Positions 27,884-40,349 of a stretch of 64,000 nt of DNA are shown here, piece after piece. Made by a program: the position numbers and the translations under genes. The notes under the pieces are model-generated. The model was not told the DNA's origin, searched no databases, and saw only the letters and a list, made by a program, of their open reading frames with translations. Where the stretch lies: the NCBI RefSeq assembly GCF_009914755.1, contig NC_060935.1; one strand, 5' to 3'. The first letter of the stretch is position 1; the number at the start of each line of letters is the position of its first letter. The stretch is from the human T2T-CHM13v2.0 reference genome, Homo sapiens.

Positions 27884-29041
27884 TATCGACTATCATCAAG
27901 CGGTGAGCACCATCGGACCCCTTTTCCTTGCTATTCTGTCCTATTTTTCCTTAGAATTCAGGGGCTAAATACCAGGCACCTGTCAGCCAGTTAAAAGCAG
28001 ATAGCATGGCCGCTGGACTAAAGACACAGGTGTCAGACTTTCTGGGAATGGGCTCTCTAACAACCCCCAACTCTTCAGAGTTGGGAGCGTTGCTTTGCCT
28101 GGAACCAGCTTCTGCTTTTCCTGTACTTCTGGGCTGAGCTGAGAGTCGACAGAGAGGAAAGCCATTCAGCTCCAGGGTCCCAACAGCAAGTTGGTTGACC
28201 CTGTGGCCATGATTGGAACTCTCAAAGTCATGTCGCCCAAGAGAGACTCGCCCATGTAGCCTATCTATCCTGACCCTTGCCTCCTGGGTCCTAACGCCTG
28301 TCAGACAAACTTCCTCTCACCTCTCTTCTCCAAGGCTAGTCCTGCTTCTAAAATCCACTCCCTGTCTCTGGTGCTTTTCTAGTTTCTCCTATAAGAATGA
28401 TTTATAGTATAAACTTCAGGACTCTGTTACCTTCTTTAGGCACCCAGGCTCACCAATCAGAAAGACAAAATTTTTGCCCAAACCCCCATTGGGGTGGGGG
28501 GCTATCTGGAATTTTAGGATCTCTCCTCAGACTAGCAGGCCTAACAAAAGCTATTCCTGAAGCTAGGATATGGGGAGCTTCAGAAAGGGTATCTTTCCTA
28601 TTCATATATGTGAGGACAAAAGGCATCACTCTTCCAACTCTGGAGATCACTTCCCTCCCTCAGGGTATAGCCCTCCACTTCATTTTTGGGACATAACATC
28701 TTTATAGGACAGTGGTAAGGTCCCAATACTAACAGGAGAACACTTAGGACTCTAACAGGTTTTCGAGAATGCGTCAGTAAGGGCCACTAAATCTGACCTT
28801 CCTCAGTCCTCCTTGTGGTCTAGGAGGAAAACTAGTGTTTCTGCTGCTGTGTCAGTGAGTGCTACTATTCCCATCATCAGAGTCCAGGGACCATTGCAGG
28901 GTCTTGGGCAGGAGGTGTTTGTTTCTGCTGCTGTGTCAGTGAGTGCAACTATTCTGATCAGCAGGGTCCAGGGACCGTTGTGGGTTCTTGGTCAGGGGGA
29001 GAAACAAACAAACCAAAACCATGGGTGGTTTTGTCTTTCAG

Positions 29042-30482
29042 ATGGGAAACACTCAGGCATCAAAAGGATAACCCTTGAAATGCATCCTAAGCCATTGGGA
29101 CCGATTTGACCTGCAAACCCTGAAAAAGAGGCTGCTCATTTTTTCCTGCATTACAGCCTGGCCCCAGTGTTCTCTCTGATGGGGAAAAATGGCCACCTGA
29201 GGGAAGTATACATTACAATATTATCCTGCAGCTTGACCTTTTCTGTAAGAGGGAAGGCAAATGGAGTAAAATACCTTATGTCCAAGCTTTTTTTTCATTG
29301 AAGGAGAATACAAAACTATGCAAAGCTTGCAATTTATATCCCACAGGAGGACCTCTCAGCTTACTCCCATATCCTAGCCTCCCTATAGCTCCCCTTCCTA
29401 TTAATGATAAGACTCCTCTAATCTCCCCTGCCCAGAAGGCAACAAGCAAAGAAATCTCCAAAGGACCACAAAAACCCCTGGGCTATCAATTATGTCCCCT
29501 TCAAGCTGTAGGGGGAGAGGAACATGTCCCCTTCTCCCTCTCTGATTTAAAGCAGATCAAGGCAGAACTGGGGAAGTTTTCAGATAACCCTGATAGGTAT
29601 ATAGATGTCCTACAGGGTCTAGGCCAAACCTTTGATCTCACTTGGAGAGACGTCATGCTATTGTTAGATCAAACCCTGGCCTTTAATGAAAAGAATGTGG
29701 CTTTAGCTGCAGCCCAAGAGTTTGGAGATACCTGGTATCTTAGTCAAGTAAATGATAGAATGACAGCTGAAGAAAGGGACAAATTCCCTACCGGTCAGGA
29801 AGCCATCCCCAGTATGGATCCCCACTGGGATCCAGACTCAGATCATGGGGACTGGAGTCATAAACATCTGCTGACCTGTGTTCTAGAAGGACTAAGGAGA
29901 ATCAGGAAAATGCCCATGAGTTATTCAGTGATGTCCACCATAACTCAGGGAAAGGAAGAAAATCCTTCTGCCTTCCTCAAGCGGCTATGGAAGGCCTTAA
30001 GAAAATATACTTCCCTGTCACCCAACTCAGTAGAGGGTCAATTGATCCTAAAAGATAAGTTTATTACCCAATCAGCCACAGATATCAGGAGAAAGCTCCA
30101 AAAGCGAGTCCTGGGCCCTGAACAAAATCTGGAGGCATTATTAAACCTGGCAACCTCGGTATTCTATAATAGGTACCAAGAGGAACAGGCCGAAAAGGAA
30201 AAGCGAGATCAGAGAAAGGCCGCAGCCTTAGTCATGGCCCTCAGACAAACAAACCTTGGTGGTTAAGAGAGGACAGAAAATGGAGCAGGCCAATCACCTG
30301 GTAGGGCTTGTTATCAGTGTGGTTTGCAAGGACACTTTAAAAAAGATTGTCCAATGAGAAACAAGCTGCCCCCTTGCCCATGTCCACTATGCCAAGGCAA
30401 TTGCTGGAAGATGCACTGCCCCAGAGGACAAAGTTTCTCTGGGCCAGAAGTCCCCAACCAGATGATCCAACAACAGGACTGA
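29042..30482 (+). pseudogene. gag: HERV9 gag, disrupted; a 322-codon open stretch (29298-30266) spans the capsid region
   Basis: MGNTQAS start, MHR-like [16 protein letters not shown], a premature TAA at 30264, and zinc knuckle CYQCGLQGHFKKDC at 30309-30350. Confidence 0.92.
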
Positions 30483-31713
30483 GGGTGCCCGGGGCAAGCA
30501 CCAGCTCATGTCACAAACCTCACTGAGCCCTGGGTATGTATAACCGTTGAGGGTCAGGAAACTGACTTCCTCCTGGACACTGGCACGACCTTCTCAGTGT
30601 TAATCTCCTGTCCTGGACGACTGTCCTCAAGGTCTGTTACCATCTGAGGAATTGTGGGACTGCCTGTAACCAGGTATTTCTCCCACCTCCTCAGTTGTAA
30701 CTGGGAGACTTTGTTCTTTTCACATGCCTTTCTTATTATTCCTGAAAGTCCCATACCCTTATCTACATGAATACGGGGAACAAGTTGCCCATTTTTTGTC
30801 CCCTGCTTGAGGAGGGTATCAACCCTGAAGTCTGGGCATTGGAAGGAACAAACTCAAGCTCCAGCCTTAAGCCTTCCCACGGGACAAATCTTCTCTTTGT
30901 ATGTCAGAGAGAGAGCAGGAATAGCTCTTGGAGTCCTTACTCAGACTCTTGGGACAACCCCACAACCAGTGGCATACCTAAGTAAGGAAATTGATATAGT
31001 AGCAAAAGGCTGGCCTCGCTGTTTATGGGTAGTTGCAGTGGTGGCCATCTTCGTGTCAGGGGCTATCAAAATAATACAAGGAAAGGATCTCACTGTCTGG
31101 ACTACCTATGATGTAAATGGCATACTAGGTGCCAAAGGAAGTTTATGGCTCTCAGACAACCACCTGCTTAGATACCAGGCGCTACTCCTTGGGGGACTGG
31201 TGCTTCAAATATGCACGTATGTGGCCCTCAACTCTGTCACTTTTCTCCCAGAGGATGGGGAAACCAATCGAGCATGACTGCCAACAAATCATTGTCCAGA
31301 CTTATGCCGCCTGAGAGGATCTCTTAGAAGTCCCCTTAGTTAGTCCTGAGCTTAACCTATATACCAATGCAAGTTCATTTGTGGAGAATGGGATATGAAG
31401 GGCAGCTTATGCCATAGTTAGTAACAGTACTTGAAAGTAAGCCTCTTCCCCCAGGGATCAGCACCCAGTTGGCAGAACTAATGGCACTTACCCAAGCCTT
31501 AGAACTGGGAAACGGAAAAAGAATAAATGTGTATATAGATAGCAAGTATGCTTATCTAATCCTACATGCCTATGCTGCAATATGGAAATAAAGGGAGTTC
31601 CTAATCTCTGGGGGAACCTCCATTAAATACCACAAGGAAGTCATGGAGTTATTGCATGCAGTGCAAAAACCCAAGGAGGTGGCAGCCTTACACTGCCAAA
31701 GCCATCAAAAAGG
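30483..31713 (+). pseudogene. pol: HERV9 pro-pol remnant: protease plus RT connection/RNase H; polymerase core and integrase deleted
   Basis: DFLLDTG at about 30564-30584, QPVAYLSKEIDIVAKGWP, AELMALTQAL, and IDSKYAY. No YxDD region between them. Confidence 0.9.
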
Positions 31714-31759
31714 GGAAGGAGAGGAGAGAACAGTAGCATCAGCAGCTGGCAGAGGCAGG

Positions 31760-31796
31760 GAAAGACCAGCAGAAAGGAAAGAGAGAAAGAGACAGA

Positions 31797-31827
<31 letters not shown>

Positions 31828-32010
31828 GAAGAGACAGGGACAAAGAGGGAGTCAGAGAGAGAGAGGAAGAGACAGGGACAAAGAGGGAGTCAGAGAGAGA
31901 GAGAAAGAGAGACACAAAGTCAAAGAGAGAGAGGAAGAGACAGACAAAGAGGGAGTCAGAAAGAGAGAGACAAAGAAGAAGTCAAAGAGAAAAAGAGATA
32001 GAAGTAGTAA
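31760..32010. repeat. GA-rich low-complexity tract
   Basis: Directly visible purine-rich repeats (gagagagaggaagagacagggacaaagagggagtca units). Confidence 0.9.
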
Positions 32011-32429
32011 GGAAAAAACAGTGTACCCTATTCCTTTAAAACCAGGGTAAATTTAAACCTATAATTGAAGGTCTTCTCCCTGACCTATAACACTCCAATA
32101 CCACCTTGTTGTCAGTGTAAACAAGGGCATAGCCCAAAAGCACTGAGGCCAATGACAACCCATAGCCTTCCTATCAAAAATCCTTAACCCAGCAGGTTTC
32201 CTAACAAGGGATCTAAATCTTAATTAATTACCATACAAATGTCCAACCAGACCCAGGAGGAACTCCCTTCAGGGCAGGACGGATGACAGATGTTTCCTCC
32301 CAGGCAATTAAGAGAAAAAGACACAATGAGTATTCAGTAAGTGATAAGGAAACTCTTGTAGAAGCAGAGTTAGGAAAATTGCCTAATAACTGGTCTGCTC
32401 AAACGTTCAAGTTGTTTGGACTCAGCCAA

Positions 32430-32760
32430 CTCTGCACCTTCTTAGGGGAAGAGTGTTGTTTTTACACTAACTGGTCAGGGATAGTATGAGATGCTACCCA
32501 GCATTTACAGGAAAAGGCTTCTGAAATCAGACAACACCTTTCAAACTCTTATACCAACCTCTGGAGTTGGGCGACATGGCTTCTCCCCTTTCTAAGTCCT
32601 ATGACAGCCATCTTGCTATTACTCGCCTTCAGGCCCCATATTTTTAACCTCCTTGTCAAATTTGTTTCCTCTAGGATTGAGGCCATGAAGCTACAGATGG
32701 TCTTACACATGGAACTACAACTGCAGGGCCCCTTCTTTGCCCCATACAGCAGGAAGTAGC
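32430..32760 (+). pseudogene. env: HERV9 env TM C-terminal remnant
   Basis: LCTFLGEECCFY (CX6CC), an in-frame stop, the TM segment WLLPFLSPMTAILLLLAF, and FVSSRIEAMKLQMV. Confidence 0.9.
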
Positions 32761-32808
32761 TAGAGTGGTCATTGCCCAATTCCCAACAGCAGTTTGGGTG
32801 TCCTGTTT

Positions 32809-32818
32809 AGAGGGGGGA
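32809..32818 (+). other. Polypurine tract
   Basis: AGAGGGGGGA lies immediately before the 3' LTR. Confidence 0.85.
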
Positions 32819-32819
32819 T

Positions 32820-33903
32820 TGAGAGGTGAAGCCAGCTGGACTTCCTGGGTTGAGTGGTGACTTGGAGAACTTTTCTGTCTAGCTAGAGGATTGTAAATGC
32901 ACCAATCAGCACTCTGTCTAACTAAAGGATTGTAAATGCACCAATCAGCACTCTGTAAAAACGCACCAATCAGCACTCTGGGTCTAGCTAAAGGATTGTA
33001 AATGCACCAGTCAGCTCTCTGCAAAAATGCACCAATCAGCACTCTGTGTCTAGCTAAAGGATTGTAAATGCACCAATCAGCACTCTGTAAAAACGCACCA
33101 ATCAGCGCTCTGTGTCTAGCTAAAGGATTATAAACACACCAATCAGCACTCTGTAAAAATGCACCAATCAGTGCTCTGTGTCTAGCTAAAGGATTGTAAA
33201 CACACCAATCAGCACTCTGTAAAAATGCACCAATCCGTGCTCTGTGTCTAGCCAAAAGATTGTAATGCACCAATCAGCGCTCTGTAAAATGGACCAATCA
33301 GTACTCTGTAAAATGGGCCAATCAGCAGGACCTGGGCAGCGACAATAAGGGAATAAAAGCTGGCCACCCAAGCCAGCAGCGGCAACCCACTCAGGTCCCC
33401 TTCTACGCTGTGTAAGCTTTGTTCTTTCGCTCTTCACAATAAATCTTTCTGTTGCTCACTCTTTGGGCCCACACTACCTTTATGAGCTGTAACACTCACC
33501 ACGAGGGTCTGTGGCTTCATTCCTGAAGTCAGTGAGACCACCGACCCACTAGGAGGAACAAACAACTCTGGACATGCCACCTTTATGAGCTGTAACACTC
33601 ACTGCGAAGGTCTGCTGCTTCACTCCTGAAGTCAGCGAGACCACGAACCCACCGGGAGGAACAAGCAACTCTGGACGTGCCACCTTTAAGAGCTGTAACA
33701 CTCACTGTGAAGGTCTGTGGCTTCACTCCTGAAGTCAGCGAGATCACGAACCCACCAGAAGGAAGAGACCCTGGACACACACATCTCAACATCTGAAGGA
33801 ACAAACTCCGGACACACCATCTTTAAGATCTGTAACACTCAGCGTGAGGGTCTTGAAGTCACAGAGACCAAGAACCCACGGGAAGGAACCAATTCAGGAC
33901 ATA
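32820..33903 (+). promoter_or_regulatory. 3' LTR12
   Basis: Direct repeat of the 5' LTR with 13 intact CCAAT boxes and AATAAA at 33438-33443. Confidence 0.95.
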
Positions 33904-34333
33904 TTACTATTAGTTAAAAACCCTGAGTTATATTTAGTAGATTCCAGTTGGTAACTGACAACATCTAAGGTATACATTATATAATTTAATTCATCAGTTG
34001 AAGTGAAATGACTTTTTAAATAATAAAATGAAAATTATTGGGAATGTTTCCTAATAATTATAAATCACTAATACTAATTTTATATTAGAATCCAAGACCC
34101 AGTGAAAAATATGGTGACTATGCCCATGCTATTTAGCAGGGACCACATTAAATCTAATCCCTAATCTCTTGATTTTCCCTACAATAAATTTTCTGCCAAC
34201 AGATATTATCTGCAAAGATATTAAGGTTGAATAAAATGTTTGTTTGCCTTTAGAGACATCAAAATCCGGATGGAAAGAAGAACATATACACAAAGAATAT
34301 CAGTAAAGTGCTATGTGTAATAAATCCATTCAG

Positions 34334-34336
<3 letters not shown>

Positions 34337-34370
<34 letters not shown>
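34337..34370. repeat. (TA)17 microsatellite
   Basis: Directly visible. Confidence 0.95.
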
Positions 34371-34373
<3 letters not shown>

Positions 34374-35079
34374 GAGAGTTGTTAGATTTGAGTTGATATA
34401 ATCAAAAACAACATCCTGGACTATGGCAGAAACAGTGTAATAGCTTCTTACCAGTTAACTAATTTGCACTGGATGTGCTCCAGCCAAATCAGTTGCAGAA
34501 TAATTGGAATATTTATTTAAGATGGCCATCTGCAGATTGTACTGAACAGTTCTACCATTACTGCTGTTGCCTTAGTTACTATTTTCACCAGCATGTTTTA
34601 TTTATTTTAAGACAGTGTCCATCTTCAAATATTTTTGTTTTCTTAAATTCACTTAGAGGAGATGCCTGCTTTAGATGCAATGTGTTCATGGAGACTGGAT
34701 CTTAAAAGTGGATCAGTCAGGCAAAATTTGGAGTACATAGGCTTGGACTGTGGTTAGATTCAACTGTTCAAAAACTGATGAAAGTTACTGAACAATGCAG
34801 TAGACGTTACAAGAAGTGTACTGCACACTATTAGGAACTTTTGATCCAACAAAATAGTTAAATAAACAACTGCCTACATTTATATTTGAGAGCCAACCCA
34901 TGTCTATTATTTTATAACAGATTTTTGCTGTTTTCATAGTTATTATACCAGGTTGAAAAACTAATCTGGGATAGGATTTTATCCTCTTGCAACTATAATA
35001 TTGCAGTCTCACTTTTCTTCTAGAAGATAGAAATTATTGCTTGCAAATGACAGAGAAAATCTAATTTATAGAAGTGAGC

Positions 35080-35180
35080 TTAGCTGATACCACATGGAGC
35101 TGAGATCAGCCCGAATTACCAACCAACAGAATTTTGAGCAAATAAACATTTGTGATTTTTCAGCCACAAAGTTTGGAGTA
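35080..35180 (+). mobile_element. Old MLT1 LTR fragment
   Basis: cagaattttgagcaaataaacatttgtgatttttcagccacaaagtttgg. Confidence 0.55.
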
Positions 35181-35549
35181 GAAAGAGGAACACTCAAAGG
35201 AGTAAAAGAAACATCTTAATTAGCAACCCCCAAAAGCAAGAAAATAGGACAAAATAAGTGCAAAATAGTTTGGTAGAAATAAAATTTATAATACATAGAA
35301 ATAATTGGAATAAATGTAAAAAACCTCAAACAATCTAGCTAGAGTCATGATTAATATCTCAGTAAATGTAATTATTTGTGAAATATCAAAATAATTACAT
35401 TCAAAATTAGGAACATGACAAAGATGTTTCCTAATACTTGGGCCATTCCTAAAATCAAGAGAAACAGAAAGGCAGGATAAAAAATGATGAATCAAATCAA
35501 ATTAAAGTAAGCCTTCTCTTGATATGAGGTCAGGTCCCAAGAAATTCTT

Positions 35550-35607
35550 GGACAACAGAGTGAGACCCTGTCTGTACAAAAATAAATAAATAAAAATAAA
35601 TAAAAAA
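35550..35607 (+). mobile_element. Short Alu 3'-end fragment with A-rich tail
   Basis: ggacaacagagtgagaccctgtct followed by (AAAT)n. Confidence 0.8.
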
Positions 35608-35619
35608 GATACCACTCTT

Positions 35620-35923
35620 GGCTGGGTGCAGTGGCTCACGCCTGTAATCCAGCACTTTGGGAGGCCGAGGCAGGTGGATCACGAGGTCAGGAGATTGAGA
35701 CCATCTTGGCTAACACGCTGAAACCCTGTCTCTACTAAAAATACAAAAAATTAGCTGGGTGTGGTGGCAGGCGCCTGTAGTCCCAGCTACTCAGGAGGCT
35801 GAGGCAGGAGAATGGCGTGAACCTGGAGGTGGAAGTTGCAGTGAGCCAAGATCATGCCACTGCACTCCAGCCTGGGAGAGAGAGCGAGATTCCATCTGAA
35901 AAAAATAAAATAAAATAAAAAAA
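35620..35923 (+). mobile_element. AluY-like
   Basis: gagaccatcttggctaacacg and gagaatggcgtgaacc diagnostics, with an (AAAAT)n tail. Confidence 0.95.
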
Positions 35924-36029
35924 CTAGGAGAAAGTATGTAATATGGTGGGGAACTTGAAAGCAAACATGTTTATTTTCATAACACTATAGTAGGTATATA
36001 GTACTCCACTATTTTCAGTTATTTTCTTT

Positions 36030-36340
36030 AGCCAGATCCATAAGGAGATTATATTTTCCTGATTATGTAATTTTTTGGCCAATGAAATATTAGCAGTAAT
36101 AATTTGTACCATTTCTAAGGTGAATTATGTGAGATCTGGTTTGTGCTTCTCTATGTGCTTTCCCCTACCATTATAAATACTGAAACTTACTGGAGACACA
36201 GCAATATAATAAGTAGGTGGAGCCTCTATATGTCTGTGTCTTCAAGAAACTACAATAACCAGAGCTAAACATTATATGGAAAAATATATAATGTTACCCT
36301 AAGGCATGGAGAGTTTGGTTTCTTTCTTTGTTATCGCAAC
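36030..36340 (+). mobile_element. Old MLT1 (J-like) LTR, decayed
   Basis: tttggccaatgaaatattagcag...tttgttatcgcaaca. Confidence 0.5.
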
Positions 36341-36985
36341 AAATAAACCAGTTTTGTTCTAATCTACTGTCATGGTGAACACAATCATTAGAGTGTTTCC
36401 AAGCCTAGTTTATACACTTACAGTTCTCATTGAATGTTGCATAAGCTAAGACTTCTCTTCATCTATGAAATCTTTTCTCTAATTCACTTCAAATTCAGCC
36501 TACTACAGTCACCATAACAACCAAGATCTTACACCAAACAATGAGAACTCCCTGGGATTAGGCGGAGGAGGAGAGAACACACTTTTCTTTAGAAGTCTCA
36601 CCAGCATATTTAGTTTCCTAAAGGAGTCTTCTGAGGTCTTGTAACCTCAAGATTAGCCCTATATTAGTCCTGTATGAACACATATAAGTGAATTCTTGAG
36701 TTCTCTGAATCCTGGCAATTGAGATACATAAATCCTACATGACAAAGAATGGAAAAGTAAATACTGTGTTTCTACCATCCTTTATTAATCCCAAAGTGGG
36801 TTATAAAGCAATAATGAACACAAAATATATCCATATTACATTTGTTTTTAAGTAGATAATTTAATTTGAAAAAAATGTATTCTGGTAGCCTTTGACTAAT
36901 AAAACTGAAGGCTGCAGGAGAATCATATCAGTCTAGCTTAAGATTTCTATATCCTTGAGTCAGAAGAATGCAGCTAATTCCAATT

Positions 36986-37091
36986 CTGTGTGTGTGTGTA
37001 TGTAGATAGATAAAGATTCATATATATATATGTATATCTATATATAGATTCATATATATATATGAATCCCACATATATATGATACACACAC

Positions 37092-37126
<35 letters not shown>
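36986..37126. repeat. Compound (TG)/(TA)/(CA)/(GA) microsatellite
   Basis: Directly visible. Contains a 22-bp palindrome at 37047-37068. Confidence 0.9.
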
Positions 37127-37127
<1 letters not shown>

Positions 37128-37249
37128 GGATTAAGACAGCTATGTTTTCTAAAACAGAGATAGTTTATAAGAGCCCAGACACTGACTAGCATGTTTAATT
37201 CAATGTGACTGCTGCCTTTATAAGATAATGTTATAAAGGCAGTGGTAGA

Positions 37250-37337
37250 ATGCCATGTGATGACAGAAGCAAAGATTAAAGTTATGCAGTTGCAAGCCAA
37301 AAATGCCAGAGATTACTGGCAACAGCAGAAACTGAAA
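37250..37337 (+). mobile_element. MLT1 LTR fragment
   Basis: gccatgtgatgacagaagcaaagatt...atgcagttgcaagccaaaaatgccagag. Confidence 0.65.
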
Positions 37338-37744
37338 CTAACATTCCTGGTTACTGAGGACTTTCCTAAAAAATGAAATTCACATGTGAAATTATGCTTG
37401 AAAGATAAAATATGATAAGTAAATTTTCTGGGTTAATTTTAATTTTTTTCCTGCTCTGGTCCACAAGGACAAGTAAGTGTATTATAGACCATATTAGATT
37501 TTATTACTTCCTTAATAAAGCAGTACATATGTAAAATTCTAATCCACACTGGTTTTTCATTATTTTCTTAAGTTACTTTTGTGTCTATTATTTATTGATT
37601 ATCCACTGTGTGCTAGACATACAGGTGGGGAGAAGGGAATAAAGAATAGCCTAATTATTGAAGAATCTTTAGCAAGACTGTGTTAAGGGCTAATATATAT
37701 TCTTTCTAGGTGATTATTTTTTTTTCAGTGTTCCACAGCTGTGA

Positions 37745-37998
37745 CAATAACCCACTTTATATGCATCATCCCTCTGGGGATGTTTATTATGTTTATCTCA
37801 GTCTCTCCACATCATTCCCATGGGACTTGAGGGCCAAAGGGAATTCATTTGAGCATGAAGCTCATGCTTCCTGCTTCACTATGAGTAATAAAGCTCATGG
37901 TCTCTGATCCAGGAGTTTCCCATCTCCTGCCAGCATCCATGATACTGTAAGGCTAACTTGTTAGCTTGGAAATAGGGAAAAATAACAAAATTTTCACA
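37745..37998 (+). mobile_element. ERVL-class LTR 3' part (LTR40-like)
   Basis: gagtaataaag...tctctgatccaggag...ctgccagcatccatga...ggctaacttgttagcttg. Family name is from memory. Confidence 0.5.
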
Positions 37999-38257
37999 GG
38001 TCCTGAGATAGAAAGGTAGAAGAAATTCATCTTAGAAACTCTGTAGCTTCTAAATCACCTAAAAACAAAATTGATCAAAGTAAAAGTGAAAGAGTTGGTC
38101 TATGTTGCACAAACTCATAGCCTAATCATATAATTACAAATTATTTACCTTAGGGAAAGTGAAGAATTTACACATAGACATAGACATAAAAATAATTTTA
38201 TAATGGTTTTTATAGCAGTATTTCAGATAGTTCCACCTTGATCAAGGGAGTCAGTAA

Positions 38258-38599
<342 letters not shown>

Positions 38600-40349
38600 T
38601 AATCCTAGTTCAGATCCAAGTCTTTAATCACTCATTATGCTACCTCTATCATCTCGTTTCCCTTATGACCATATGCTTTAATTTAGTCTTGGTTACACAA
38701 TGCACACTTGTCCTTTTTAGGACTCAGTATTCTTTAAACTCTGAATTTGATACCACCACCAACAGAAAATATTATCAGTTTTAGTATTATAATCAGTTCA
38801 TTTCCTCCACCATGGTGAATGATTAGAATAGTTAGCTTCTTAAAACCAAAACTTTTATATTTGTAACAAAAAGAAAAAAAACACACAAGTTTAGATTCCT
38901 CCTTTCGTCAGTCTTTGGACCAAGAGATCCTTATAATCTTAGTTTCTTCCCTCAAAACAGATGCATCTAGAAATGAATATCATTATTGTGACAAGTCACT
39001 GTAGTCCCTTAAGTTTTAGACTGACTCTTTCTGGATACATGCTGCAGGTTCTCCTTCTAGAGCATGCTAAAACTGATCAGGTTTCAAGCACTATTTCAGC
39101 AAGCCACACACTAGTGAAGGCAGATCACTTCTGTGATCAGGATTTAGTTCTTTCTTTAATATCTTTCTTCTATAGCAGTCATTAGAAACAAAAGACTGCT
39201 TGCTCATAATTGGATCCCACCAGCCCTAACCCCTGCTTTGACACATTTGAAAAATGGATTTCCTCTGTTTGTTTGATTTATTCCTTAATCCAACTCATTG
39301 TAAGAGAGAATATGAGATGGGGGGAAGCATGGGTAGTTTATTATGTTTATCTCAGAGAAGCAGTGTTTAAGCATGTATTTCATATTAAGTTTTTAAAAAA
39401 CAAACCATTGCATAATAAAAATAATAAAGACCGTTAGGATTCTAAGGGCAGCGAGTTTTTAAAAGCAGAATAAGCTTGGAAGAATCACTCTTAAAAATAT
39501 GCTAGTCATTTCTAGAACAACTATATTTTTTAATGAACAATAATGAAAGCCTACTGAAGTGTAATAGCATGAATTTCCTCAGTAACACTCAGGGCTTAAG
39601 ATCAAAGCATTGTAAAGAAAGCAACAGAGTGTCAAGTAAATCGAGAATGTTAAGGAAGAAGTAAGGTTGTTTTTCATTTTCTGGAATTCTTGACCAAGAA
39701 TGGATAGTAAGATAAGTGAAAGAGGAGGAGAGATAATGATTTGAAGTAACTAGAATGGACTGGTTAATTTAAGTTTACTGAGATAAGATTTTGAACTATT
39801 GTAGACAAAATAGTTCTCTTTATGGGAAGGTGTGAAGAACAATGTGAGACTTAGAAAGTAGAGTAACCATAGAGATGGCTGTCACTGGAGTTGCAAAAGT
39901 GAGTATGTGTGAGTGTTTCTGCATGTGCATGGAATGGGGAAGGATAAAAACATATTTTTCTGGGTATAAAAATAGAATTCTTCATTTGCTTTTTGTTTCG
40001 TTCTGCCCTTGTCATAGTATCTAATCTATAAAATTAAGAGAATGAACAAAAGTCCTTTGGGAATTTTTGCATCTAGGCATTAGCTCTAATTTAGTCTACT
40101 GAAATAAGCCATAAAATGCAAGTGCTTGCTGGTTCACCCAGGTGGTCCCTAGTGTTACTGTAGAAAGTTAGAAACTACACAAATACAACTCTTGCCTTCT
40201 GCAGCCAGGATAATCTGGAGTTTATATACATCTCTAGAGGATTTGGAAATTTTAGAACTTCTACTGGATTAAAGTTGAGGATCTGGTGCTCTGGGAAAAC
40301 ATGTAATCTATATCAAAGTCATTAACATAATAACAATTGTTTTGGACTG

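Larger units (their letters stand above)
26829..33903 (+). mobile_element. HERV9 (ERV9) provirus with two LTR12 LTRs, internally deleted
   Basis: Two ~1.05-kb direct repeats, 4-bp TSD TTAC (26825-26828 and 33904-33907), PBS, PPT, and gag/pro/RNase H/env-TM remnants. Confidence 0.97.

Noticed and set aside
28837-28997. ~84-bp duplicated unit in the proviral leader
   Set aside because: The copies are diverged, and I recall this as a standard HERV9 leader feature rather than something locus-specific.
31643-32050. 135-aa R/E/K-rich ORF
   Set aside because: RNase H tail reading into a GA low-complexity tract that lacks T and therefore lacks stops.
32671-33273. 200-aa antisense ORF with 22-aa repeats, and its counterpart at 26892-27182
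   Set aside because: A by-product of the 66-bp (multiple of 3) LTR12 U3 unit. It has a non-ATG start and is broken in the 5' LTR, so there is no evidence for an antisense viral protein.
37047-37068. 22-bp perfect palindrome
   Set aside because: Mostly self-complementary TA repeat within a compound microsatellite.
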